Shown here: positions 1 to 11,200 of the stretch, in pieces | How positions within the stretch are numbered: the stretch's first letter is position 1 | Layout of the letters: each line of letters starts with the position of its first letter | Assembly (NCBI GenBank): GCA_008632985.1 | Contig: QPGO01000201.1 | Location: 62,001-126,000 of the forward strand | Direction: 5' to 3' | DNA from: Psammoneis japonica | Taxonomy: Eukaryota | Length of the DNA stretch: 64,000 bases | Program-made: the position numbers and the translations under genes | The notes under the pieces: model-generated | What the model saw: only the letters and a program-made list of their open reading frames with translations | Told to the model about the DNA's origin: nothing | Database searches by the model: none

Positions 1-228
1 ATTTCCCAGCGTCGCCTCTCGTTTGCGATTGATTATTGGTCCAAAGGAATCATGGAGGCCCTCTTTCTAGAACATGAAGGATATTTTGGGGCTTTGGGCG
101 CCTTTTTACTCAGTCAGGATATTTCTCACGAAGAACAAGATGTTTCACAGTGGGATGGACCGGTGAATGTCCCTACCCCTCCCCAACACCGACGTGCAAC
201 CTCTGCCGATGTACGTTGGAGACGTTGA
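1..228 (+). CDS. 3' end of a type II (eukaryotic, Fumble-family) pantothenate kinase, truncated by the window start
   Basis: Frame 1 translated by hand: [37 protein letters not shown]..., matching the PanK C-terminal motif. Stop TGA at 226-228. Confidence 0.8.
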   Translation: MSQRRLSFAIDYWSKGIMEALFLEHEGYFGALGAFLLSQDISHEEQDVSQWDGPVNVPTPPQHRRATSADVRWRR

Positions 229-618
229 GATCGACGAACATAGACACCGTCGACTGGCATTGATTGCATTTACAAATGCTGGTTGAGTATGCCATAATTC
301 AATACAGGTACTGTAGTCAATTGTAATCTCGAGTCGTTTTTAAGTTGTGGCAGCTCTTATGCGACCACCAGTAGGTAGCAGAAGAGAGCGCCTCTGGAAT
401 AGTTTCGTCAAAGCAGTGTTAAGGTCAAATCAAAAACGAGTCGAAGCAACGACACGCCTACTAGCTAGAGTCAGTTGTAAGGAACGAAGCTACAGCTACA
501 GTTCCCTCTATGTAGATCTACTTTTCATGGCTAGCGTAAATGGAAATACCGGTAGAGAAATGCGAGGTTCTTACTCGTATTATAGATCAACATAACTTAC
601 AACTGGAGGCTGCCTATA

Positions 619-1734
619 TTACTTTAACTTTGTCAACGTGTCTTCGTGACATTTCAGAATTTCATTCGGGTCAATTGTGGCAGTTTGGCACAACGACTTT
701 CGGGAAAGCCAAACCACGAGTCCCTCATAAGTGGCATCACTATCGCTGGGGCTGGACGATGTTCCACGAGATTCAAGATGCTGCTTGATAAGGGCAGTCA
801 TACAAACGTTTAGAGCCTCCCTTGGCGAAAGGCTGTTTTTTGTTTGGGTTTCTTGCCACAGTATTTCTTGAATGGCGTGTGCATCACGTCCCACCGAAAA
901 AGTCGAAACTGTCGATGAGGCTGGTGCCCTTTTCCACACTCCAGTTGGATCGATCGTATACAGGGCAAGTGTTTGCTGTTGTCCAGTTCGTAAGGTCGCG
1001 GCATCATTGGGTTGTGCTGTGACCAAGAGCAGTTGAATTCCATAGGGTCTCATACCTTGCATCCTGGTAGGACGATCGATATATGAGGATATGAACTGTA
1101 ACAACTTCCATGATGGTATCGCATCGGCAGAATAAAGCGTACAATAGTTTTCCACGTGTTTTAACAGGACGAGACGCAAATGCAGAATATCGGGAACAAA
1201 ACCCGTCATGCAAACAACGGCGCTCGCGCCTTTTGCGTCACCCAGAACCGTGAATTTGTCATTGTCTGCACTTTCGCTGGATGGATGGGAGTCCAACAGG
1301 CGCAGTCCATCCATGACTTCTATTGTATTTTCACCGTCGTCGTTGTTATTGTGAATTACGCTGATTGATGATTTTGTTTCGCCACGTGGTGTTCTGCTAA
1401 GTAGCACAATGCAGTCTTCTTCTTCGCCATCATTTTGCCATGTAGACGAAACAGCAACAATCGACGCTTGGGCAGAAGACGCTGCAAAGGACGAGCTCAG
1501 ATGCGGTATAAAAGACGACAACGAGGCCGCGTCTGCGGATGAACCTGCCGTTGATGCGGCATGCACGAGCCCATCACCGCCACCTAACAACACTTGAGAG
1601 ACTGAAATGCATCCCATCAACGCAGGCATCCATCGTAATTTTCTAATGCGGGTCGAATAAGGATATTGGGAGCGGCATGTTACAGGTGCTTTCTTGCCAG
1701 TTGCGCCCATGGCTGCCGCTGATTTTACGCTCAT
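619..1734 (-). CDS. Divergent proteasome alpha-subunit-like (Ntn-hydrolase fold) protein with an N-terminal extension
   Basis: 371-aa ORF with MRPYGIQLLLV, LYTIDPTG and SVGRDA, resembling the alpha-subunit RP(F/Y)G, DPSG and AIG motifs. Hydrophobic segment near the N terminus. Confidence 0.6.
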   Translation of the reverse strand: MSVKSAAAMGATGKKAPVTCRSQYPYSTRIRKLRWMPALMGCISVSQVLLGGGDGLVHAASTAGSSADAASLSSFIPHLSSSFAASSAQASIVAVSSTWQNDGEEEDCIVLLSRTPRGETKSSISVIHNNNDDGENTIEVMDGLRLLDSHPSSESADNDKFTVLGDAKGASAVVCMTGFVPDILHLRLVLLKHVENYCTLYSADAIPSWKLLQFISSYIDRPTRMQGMRPYGIQLLLVTAQPNDAATLRTGQQQTLALYTIDPTGVWKRAPASSTVSTFSVGRDAHAIQEILWQETQTKNSLSPREALNVCMTALIKQHLESRGTSSSPSDSDATYEGLVVWLSRKSLCQTATIDPNEILKCHEDTLTKLK

Positions 1735-1981
1735 TGTCGGAGAGAAAGATGAAAAACAAAATCAAAATCTGCCTGAAAATCTATCAGAGATGAGACACTG
1801 TACTTTTCCAAAGTTGAAGTTGCTTTTGTACCAGGATTCTCTGTAAAGTTGCTGTATGTACTTTTCTACTGAAAATCTCTACAAAGACGTCACTTCGATG
1901 ACGTCAGTTGATGACTCGTTCGATTGCCTTTTTGACACGCGCAAAAACGGAACAAAAAATCTGAACAGAATTCGTCCCACC

Positions 1982-3660
1982 ATGATGATTGCGAGACATT
2001 GTTTACTAACGAGACGACCGAAATGGGTTGCTCTTTCAATTCATAGAGGACTCTCTTCCCACTCAAAAGTTGTGGCGTCAGCAAAAGAAGCGTTTCGTGG
2101 TGTTGATCTAAAAGGCGCTCTGGTGTGTGTCGGTGGCTTTGGCCTTGGTGGTAACCCAGAGACTCTGCTGAGTGAGCTTTCCAAGTCAGACGAGGCAGAA
2201 AACTTAACTGTTGCGTCGTTGACGGGTGGAACCGATGGGCGTGGGGTTGGTAAGCTCCTTGAAGCAGGCAAAGTGAAGCGTTTAATGAGCAGCTATGTGG
2301 GAGAGAATAACTACCTGAAGGAACAGTTTTTTGGAGGAAAGTTGGAAATTGAATTGACTCCTCAAGGAACTCTTGCGGCAAGGATGCAAGCTGCCGGTGC
2401 CGGAATTCCCGCATTCTTTACTCCTACTGGCGCGGGAACTATTTACGCAAACGGTGGTATTCCTATAAAATTCAAACAGGATGGCACCGGGGAGGCTGAA
2501 ATTGAATCTCCGCCAAAACGTGTAGAGACGTTTAATGGACAGGAGTATGTTATGGAACATGCTTTGAACGCTGATGTAAGTCTCGTCAAAGCCTGGAAGG
2601 CGGATACCCGCGGAAACTTGGTCTTTCGAGGGACAGCCAGAAACGCAAACCCCGATGCCGGAATGGCTGGCCTTGTTTGCATCGCAGAGGCCGAACACAT
2701 TGTTGAAGCCGGTGAGCTGGATCCAAACGAGGTACATTTGCCTGGCGTATACGTGAACAAGGTTATAGAAGCAACCGAGAATGAAAAACCGATTGAGCGC
2801 CTTCGACTTCAAGAGGGAGGAAGTAATGGGCAGGTAATTCGCGGTGGACGCGGCCGAATCATGAGACGTGCAGCCAAAGAATTCAAGGACGGCATGTACG
2901 TCAACCTGGGTATCGGTATGCCCACCATGGCATCCAACTTTATACCAGATGGAGTCAAGATTGAATTGCAAGCAGAGAACGGATTAATGGGAATCGGGCC
3001 TTACCCTGATAGCGAGGAAACCGCCGACGCCGACTATATCAATGCCGGCAAGGAGACAATTACTGCCCTCCCGGGGCATCCACATTCTCGAGCAGTGATT
3101 CGTTCAGTATGATTCGGGGAGGCCACATTGATCTGACTATTTTGGGTGGTCTGCAATGCAGCGCATCCGGCGACTTGGCCAACGTACGTACACAGTGTTA
3201 TCTCTTCTGGCGACACTTTCACGCCTCGCGTACTCGTGGCACGAACTCTATGTTAGATGTCATCTCACCCTTGTCACCGCGTTACATTGCATTCGATTTT
3301 TAATAGTGGATTGTCCCGAATAAACTTCTTGTTGGAATGGGTGGAGCAATGGATTTGGTAGGAGCTCCAGGATCGAGGGTTGTAGTAACCATGGATCACC
3401 AGGCAAAAAACGGAAGCCCGAAAATTTTGCAGGAATGCACACTGCCGCTGACGGGCCACAATGTCGTTGATCGCATCATTACAGAAAAGTGCGTCTTTGA
3501 CGTGGACAAAAAGGGTGGAACTGGATTGACACTGGTAGAGATCGCCCCGAATACAACTGTCGAAGAAGTGCGTGCTGCAACTGCTTGCGATTTCAAAATA
3601 GTGCCAGAACCGATTCCTCTCATGGATGATGTTGTTGACGAGGAAGAGCTTTCCGCCTGA
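1982..3660 (+). CDS. OXCT1: Succinyl-CoA:3-ketoacid CoA transferase (SCOT), mitochondrial-type; one intron 3184-3306 and an apparent 1-nt frameshift near 3070
   Basis: Motifs [56 protein letters not shown]. Removing GT..AG 3184-3306 gives GDLAN|WIVPNK. The frame shifts in ctcccggggca ([13 protein letters not shown]). Start at 1982 is chosen from the transit-peptide-like MMIARHCLL. Confidence 0.9.
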
Positions 3661-3908
3661 ACTCTACCTCATACTCCTTTACGACAAAGATAGCTGCCTT
3701 TGATAGCTGAAATTGAGTATGAACTATACTCACCAACTATCTTGAATCTATTGGAATTCGCTCATCAGTAATAAGCTCATCATGACACGCCCTATTCTCA
3801 TTAATTCATCTAACGCAAACTTAACAACAAACTGCAAGCAGCGTAAACGGCGTTCAATCCAGAATATTCTAGTTCAATCATTTTACAGTCCGACGCACCC
3901 CTAGATTT

Positions 3909-4535
3909 TCAGCCTTCGTCCGATACAAGCCTTGAACACCAGCGCTTGATAAAGTCGCGTGCAAACGGTATGTAGCTTAGACAATACCATGTAATCGCAA
4001 TGTATTGCATTATAATGAGAATCAACAAGAAGAAAGCTTCTCCCGGAACTCTGGCGATGGCCACTGCCAACGTTAAAACTAGAGAGCTCAAATACATGAT
4101 AGACGCCACCCGTCGACTTTCGTGAAACATCTTTTTCGCTTGAGTTGCTGGGCCTGACATGAAAAAGGAGCCACAAAGTGCAATTATATTTCCGACCGTG
4201 GCATTTAATACAAAGGGAACTAGACGAGGCGGGCAGAAGAAGAAATCCATGAGTAATGCGAGAATTCCATAGAATACGGCACCAACAACCGTCTGATTCA
4301 GGCAAATCAAATCGACAAAACACAAATACGTACGGGGATTTCCCACCAGCACCTGACTGAACCTAAAGAATGCCCCAAACGATAAGATATAGCCTGCGAC
4401 CATGCAGGTTGCGCACCCAATCACTCTTTCTCTCCACGTCAAACTAGGAAGGAGGCCGCACCCGTCGTCCTCTTGTTCTTCCTGCTGATCCGACCTCGTC
4501 GGAAGCAACGCATTCAAGTCCATACTGTCAAACAT
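3909..4535 (-). CDS. SFT2: SFT2/Got1-family vesicle transport protein; probable in-frame 114-nt intron 4220-4333
   Basis: SLTWRERVIG, TVGNII, SFFMSGPATQAKKMF, WYCLSYIPFAR are typical of SFT2. gtacgt...ctag intron removal gives VGNPLPFVL. Confidence 0.85.
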   Translation of the reverse strand: MFDSMDLNALLPTRSDQQEEQEDDGCGLLPSLTWRERVIGCATCMVAGYILSFGAFFRFSQVLVGNPRTYLCFVDLICLNQTVVGAVFYGILALLMDFFFCPPRLVPFVLNATVGNIIALCGSFFMSGPATQAKKMFHESRRVASIMYLSSLVLTLAVAIARVPGEAFFLLILIIMQYIAITWYCLSYIPFARDFIKRWCSRLVSDEG

Positions 4536-4716
4536 GACGAAGCTATTGATGGCTCTCTACAGTAGGTAGAAGTAGAGAGGTCCAACCAACCAGCACGACT
4601 TGTTCCAGACGTTGACAGCAACGACGCGATGACACAAGCGCAGTCAGAGTAGTGCCCTCCCAAGCCGGGAGTGAGTAGTGCCGAACAAAAGAGGTTGCCG
4701 CAGAATTCGAGCGCGA

Positions 4717-6334
4717 ATACTACGAATTCGGAAACAATTGCGCGTTTTCCAGCGCGAAGGTCGAATATGGCGCCTGAACCGACGATCGGCGCTTCGCGCA
4801 AAACTCATGTAGAAATACGTAGAAAACATACTAGAGCTAGAACTCCAGAACGGAGAAAATCATCTGAATGGTGCGCGCATCATCACAATGATGTTGTTGC
4901 GTCCCTTCGTGAGCGTTTCTTACTACCATGCCACCCACAAAGAGACGAAAGCATTGTGTTCCTGCTCAAGCACCTGGAGATACAGTGACTCATCCGTCTG
5001 GTGGTGGCACCAGAGGCTATTCCCAGGCTCAACTTTTTTCCGGAGAGGTTTCTGGAGATGACGCCCGCGCCGACCCACACTCGGCCTTGTTTGAGCTATT
5101 CTTGATCGTTTTTGTTCACTGAAGACATGTCTTTTACTTTTAGGAGGTATAATTGATAGGTGAGACCCTTGGTTTGGTGAGAAACGGAGCAGTCGTTGTG
5201 CAGAAATCAAAAAATGGGTCTTTTCCATTTTTGGGCGGCAAAACCCACACTTTGATGTTATTTCGTTCAATGCACCTCCTCTGTTGCCTCCCATTGCTGT
5301 TATCTCTTTATTATAGATACGAAAAGTATCCCCTGTCTTGAGTATGCTGTGTGTATGATCTGTGGCGAGAAACATTGCTCACATTCGTGTGGTCTCGCAT
5401 CGGCATTTTGAGACTACCACCGACCCATGCTTTGATGTTTATTCGTTCATTTGGTCTTTTTACTCTCACTTCTTTGATCGAATCTTTACTTTATAGTTGT
5501 GGTAGCATCCTTCTGTCTTGAATTTGCTGTGGGCGCGAGCTGTGGCAAGAAGCATTTTTTTTATAAAGTAAAGATTCGATCAAAGAAGTGAGAGTAAAAA
5601 GACCAAATGAACGAATGAACATCAAAGCATGGGTCGGTGGTAGTCTCAAAATGCCGATGCGAGACCACACGAATGTGAGCAATATTTCTCGCCACAGATC
5701 ATACACACAGCATGCCCAAGACAGGGGATACTTTTCGTATCTATAATAAAGAGATAACAGCAATGGGAGGCAACAGAGGAGGTGCATTGAACGAAATAAC
5801 ATCAAAGCATGGGTCATGACCATTCCTGATTATCCGGTCAATCCAGTCAATGTGACAGTGCAATGTTTCTCACCATAGATCGAATGCACAGCATGCCCAA
5901 GACAGTGAGCACCTTTCATATCTATGATAGAGAGACGCCAGCAATGGCAGGCAACAGAGGAGGTGTCTTTAACGAATGAAGATCAAAGCATGGGTTTTGC
6001 CGCTCAAAATTGGAAAACACCCATTTTTTGATTTCAACACAACGACAACTCCATTTTTCGCCAAACCAAGGGGCTTACCTAACAATCAGACCTCCTAAAA
6101 GTAATATCCATGTCTACAATGAACGAAAACGATCAAGAACAGCTCAAACAAGGCCGAGTCTGGATCGGCGCTGCGCTATGTCAAAAAAAATCCACGCTCC
6201 AGGAAAAAGTCTCTCTCTAGTATGTTTTCTACGCATTTCTACACAAATCTTGCGCGAAGCTCCGATCGTTGCTTCGGGATGAAAATTTGAGCTTCGCGCA
6301 CGAAAACGCGCAATTGTTTCCGAATTCGTAGTAT
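4717..6334. mobile_element. Non-coding foldback / long-inverted-repeat element (MITE- or FB-like), about 1.6 kb
   Basis: atactacgaattcggaaacaattgcgcgtttt at 4717 is the reverse complement of the sequence ending at 6334. Inner arms ~5250-5495 and ~5562-5812 are near-perfect reverse complements around a ~66-nt spacer. Outer arms are more diverged, and ~5880-5995 is a diverged duplicate of ~5700-5812. Confidence 0.8.
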
Positions 6335-7340
6335 ACATTTCCTAATCAACAAATATATTTTTATTTCCAGCACCAAAATTTCAATTTCACGTAGAACTAG
6401 CATGTAGATGTTGTAGGGGATTGGCAGCAGTCTCGAAATTGCCTTGCGCTTTCGAGCACTGGTTCGCTCGATGGACCGGCTGCGCTCTCATGGCACGGCC
6501 GGTTAAGTGTTTTGCCTCACGGGGAGGGACCCGGAGAGGCGTCTTGCAGTCAGGTGGATGTCAACTAAGTCTCATGTGCCCATCAGGGCCTGGAATTTCA
6601 ACTCGTTTTTCGGAATTTTGAAAAAATGGGACCTCGTTGGTCGGCGAAAGGAGGGGCAAACGGAGCGAGATTTTTCAAATCGGATGGATGGGTCTGACTT
6701 TTATGGACCAAGTGCAACACATGAAGGTGGGCGAGGAAACGATGGTTTCAGGATTCTGTCTGCGTTGCCATGCATGGAACACCGATCATGAAGTTGAGAC
6801 CAAAATTCGGAAAAAGAGCTCGTGACACACTGCACGATTGCACAAAAGCAAAAATGTCTCCAAAACGGTTCTGCAGATTTTTTATGATTCGTTCATGTTG
6901 TGCAGCTGAGTGAAAGAGATGTTTTGGAAACGAGAAAAGTGGGGGGATTCTGACTCGTTTTCGAGACAGAAGGCATTGAAGTTGTTAAAAAAATGGCACA
7001 AATGATGTCACTGTCACAAACAGCATGGTTCAATGGGGACGCCCAAGAAATGTAAAAGCAACATTGATGGATGAACAAATTACAGAAACATTTGCATTGT
7101 GTGTTGAGCAGCTGTGCTGTGAAACAATGGATCAATGAGGACAGGAGAGTGGGATCGTGCAAAGGAAAAAGAACGATGTTCAACAATTTGGAAATGTTGC
7201 AGTTGTGAAATTATAAAGAATTGACGTGCATTGGAAATTGGACAATCTTTGGTGTTTTGAAATCATGCAAATTGTGAAATGCAAAAGGTGTGACATGAAA
7301 TTGAACAGCTTTGCAATCTTTGTGCTCGTTTGGGAGAATT

Positions 7341-7781
7341 TTAAGCTCGTTCACCATGGATGCGTCGAGCCAGTTGAATGTCTTTAGGCACAAGAGTGGC
7401 TCGTTTTGCATGGATTGCACAAAGGTTTGTGTCCTCAAACAATCCAACAAGACATGCTTCGGAAGCTTCTTGAAGGGCGAGAACCGCGGCAGACTGGTGT
7501 CTTGGTTCTGCACTGTGGAAGAATTCAAATTGTCGCTCTCTGACAATGTTTTGTGCAAGTTCTCTGACAAGATGATGGAATGGAATCTTGCGGATCAACA
7601 AATCAGTTGATTTTTGATGTCGTCTGATTTCTCGTAAAGCAACAGCCCCAGGACGACAACGATGTCATTTTTTGACTTGGTTTCCAGAGGGCATGGCATT
7701 CCCAGCTGCTTCAGTTGTTGGCAATTTGGGTGGTCTTTTGTGCGGAACAGATCTGCGAGGAGGTTCTTTGACACGGGCCAT
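7341..7781 (-). pseudogene. Histone H3-like variant pseudogene (147 codons, internal TGA at 7665-7667)
   Basis: MARVKEPPRRS...[32 protein letters not shown]...[45 protein letters not shown]. Clear H3 histone fold with a divergent tail and an extended loop 1. Confidence 0.92.
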
Positions 7782-8219
7782 GGTGATTGAGAAACATGTC
7801 GAAAAAGAAACAGTTCGTGCAAATGAGAAGCGATGTCAATGTTTTTGGTGATGGAAGAAAAAATGCACCAGAGTCGATTCGTAGAAACATGGCAAAGCAC
7901 AAAAGTGCCACGCACCAGCCAATCAAAAACCGTGACCCATGGAATGAGACATTTGTTTGTTTGTGAAAAAGAGCTGTGTGTTTTGTCTCATCTGTGCAAA
8001 AGTCATTCACGATGTCATGAAAAAGAAAATGTGTCATTTTGTGTTGTGACTGATGAAATGCATCATTGGACAACCTCGTTTTGAAACGGCAAACGTTTCA
8101 ATTGCGAATTGAAAACATGCGTCAAGTGAAGGGTGTCACAGTTGAGTGATCGTGTTGCGACAGAGAGCAAGAACAAGAAGAAAACGATGGAATGTGCTGG
8201 AATTGCCAACGGAACGAAA

Positions 8220-11200
8220 AATGGACAATGTCAGAAATTGTCGACAAAGAAAGCGAAAGGCATTTGCAGGAAAGGTGCAGGAAATGAACCTTGGCAGAAA
8301 GCGACGCCATGAAGAAGAAACAAGAAATGGCTCTGGTTTTGCAAATGACAACGAAGTGTTGCAAGAACAAGAATCAAGCGAAAGTCCAAACGTGAGTGAT
8401 GCAAGTGTGAATCTGAACAATCTTCAACAACACACAGACGAAGAGGCAATTGATGAGACAATGTCGCACTCGGAGCATTCTGTTGCAATGGAAGAAGCCA
8501 CGGAGTTTGGGGTGTGTCGCAACTGTCACAGGACTCAAAATGGGGTGTGAAATGAAGGACCCATGCATGTGAGGGACACAGGATTACGTGTGGTGCCTTC
8601 AACCATTGTAAAAACTCGTTGGAAGTTCAGCAATTTGAAACCACGAGACATTCGAAATGAAAGGAACATTGTTGTTTGTCGTGAGTGTCGAGTGGCCATT
8701 TGCATTGCAGAAGATCTAAGCAACCATTTGTTGAGTCAGCATTGTTGGCCAGCACATGTTTGGAGGACTTTGGCTGATGAAGAAAACAGATGCAGATGCA
8801 GGTGCAAACTTTGGCGTTTGTCACCACGAGAATGGAGAGCCTGGTGGACAGATGAAATTTCGCAATTCAGAGAGTTTCAAAGAGTCACTTTGAGAAGGCC
8901 CAAACCTCATTTTGCGGAAGTGTCATTGGAACGGAACAATTTGATGAATGCAACAAACAAAATGCAGTGGTTGCCGTTGATGCGAGCTGTGGACAAAAGC
9001 AGCATGCCAACAGTCAAATGTCCTTGGGGATGTTCGGAATTCCTCAATGAAGTGCAAGACGCTCCATTTGACATCACATTTGGATGGTTTCTCAATGTCG
9101 TCTGGAAAAGAATGCTCGTTTTATGAGTGATCAAAAGCAGCCTGGGTTTCTCATTGGCATTCGCAGGAATTTTTTGGACTCGGATCATGACACTTTGTTG
9201 AATGAGTGCTGGCATTGTCTTCCGTCTGTTGCGTGCAAAGATGGCGAAGGACCAGTGGTGTTGACTTGCCGGTCCCACGACCAAGGAACGACAGACATGT
9301 GTGTTCACGTGCCAACAAATCCGACAGGACCATTTGTGTGCTCTTCATCAGATCAATTTGCCCCTGCGGTTTTGCGTCCAAAGAGCACGCGCATGGTTCA
9401 GTCTCATCAATGCAGCAACTCATTTCAATTGAACCGAATGACAGGCCATTGCAAAGGAGTTGATTCTGTCACAACATGCAATGAAGGCACTTGCAACATT
9501 GACAATGTCATTTCAAGGAATCGTGGCGCACTGTGCATCGCAGGACGAGATGACATGAAGAATCACGTGCGGTCACTTGGACAAGAAAAAAGGATTCCTG
9601 CATGGTCAGCTAAAGAAAAAGTGCGACAAGGAAATGCAAAATGTGACAAGGAAATGCTCAAGAAATTGTGGAAAAAACATGGAAAGGGTGCAACGTTTGT
9701 CCCACCAGAAGATGCGATCGAAGCAGAAACTCTGTTGAAGAACGATCGACCAATGCTTTTGTCTTTTCGAACTGAGGAAGGACAATTGAGAACTGTTCAA
9801 TGCAAGTGTCCGTGGACAAGAGTGTTGCTCCATGGTCATCCTGTCGACAAATGTGGAGCTGCTTTTCCCATCATTCGAGAACCACTTGCACATTCAGCAG
9901 ACACACGTGCACTGTGGATGACTCTTGCATTGCTTTCTTTGGTGAAAGAGAGTTGGAAAGCAGCAGCAGCATCGGCAAATGCCACAGAAACATGGCAAGG
10001 TTGGCTGTTGGTTGAAGCTGTGAAAAAGTGTTTTCCGCCAAAGAAGGTTGCAGGAACAAACCGCACTCCGTTCAAGAAAGGGATGAAAACAGAAAAGATT
10101 GTGGAAAACTTTTTCTGGACTTTGGGAAATGGATTGCATTGTGATCCGTCATTTGCATCTGAGTCATTTGCAAATGTTGAAGGCATTGTTGCTGTTCCTG
10201 CGTCATCAGACATTCTGGAGCATTTGCTGAGATTGAGCAGACAAACGCCATTGCGAAATGTCATTTTGCACACAGACTTGACTGACGGTAATGACTCCAT
10301 TTTCAATTTGACGGACAAGGTGCAGCTGGACAGTGGAGCTCTGGAGCTTCGGTTTGTGGCTGAGACGTTTCCTGCATTGAAAAATTGGAAAGGAAATCTG
10401 TGCAGTCGTCATGGAAAAGTGAGTCATCCCAAATGGTGGATGCAGGGCAAGGGAGATTTTGGTTGCACAAGACTGGAAGGATCCTTGCCGAACAATGTCC
10501 GAAATGGACATGACGTCGCAGTTTGTGCAGTTGAAGAAATTGGCAAGGACATGGAAAAGGCAAAAGAGGATCATTTGATTGACTGCGGAGGACAGGTCCT
10601 TGCCAAATGCGCTTTTCACAGGTGTCCGTCAGTGGTGGCTGTGGCAGACAATGGGGTTGTGTGTTCCCATTGTGACAAAGAAGCAAAGCATGTGTGTCTG
10701 ATTTGCGGTTGCAGAAATGGAATTTGCAACGACGAAATGAAAAGAACAATGGAACAGGGAAGAACTGCATGGGTTTCAGTCCAGCAAAATGGAAGAACTG
10801 TTGCAAATGCACCAGAAGAAGAAAATGAAAATGACAGCGGTTTTGACATGGAGCCGGAACCCAATGACGAAGACACCAATTTGGTCAACGACGATTGCCT
10901 TGCGATTGGCAATGAGTCGTCGTCGAGTGGTGCAACAACAAAACAATTTGACAAGTGCATTTGAAGAAGACAATGTGAATGTTGAGGATGCAACCCTTTT
11001 GCACGATGCAGCAGACGAGCAATTGGAAGAATCGATGTCAGTTGCAACAGACGCTTCTGAAGAAGGAATGCCTCCATTTCGAACAGGGAATGACAACAGC
11101 TGCGCTGTTGAAGAAGACACGGATTCAGACTCAATGGACGAAGATGCTTTTTATTTCCCGACAACAGATGCAGCTTGTGATCCTTTAAATTGCAGAGCTT

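Noticed and set aside
1..3660. PanK next to SCOT as a CoA-metabolism gene cluster
   Set aside because: An unrelated gene lies between them, and two genes without synteny data are not enough evidence.
4514..6338. ORFs inside the foldback element
   Set aside because: Mirror-image ORFs with no transposase or other motif; products of the inverted repeat.
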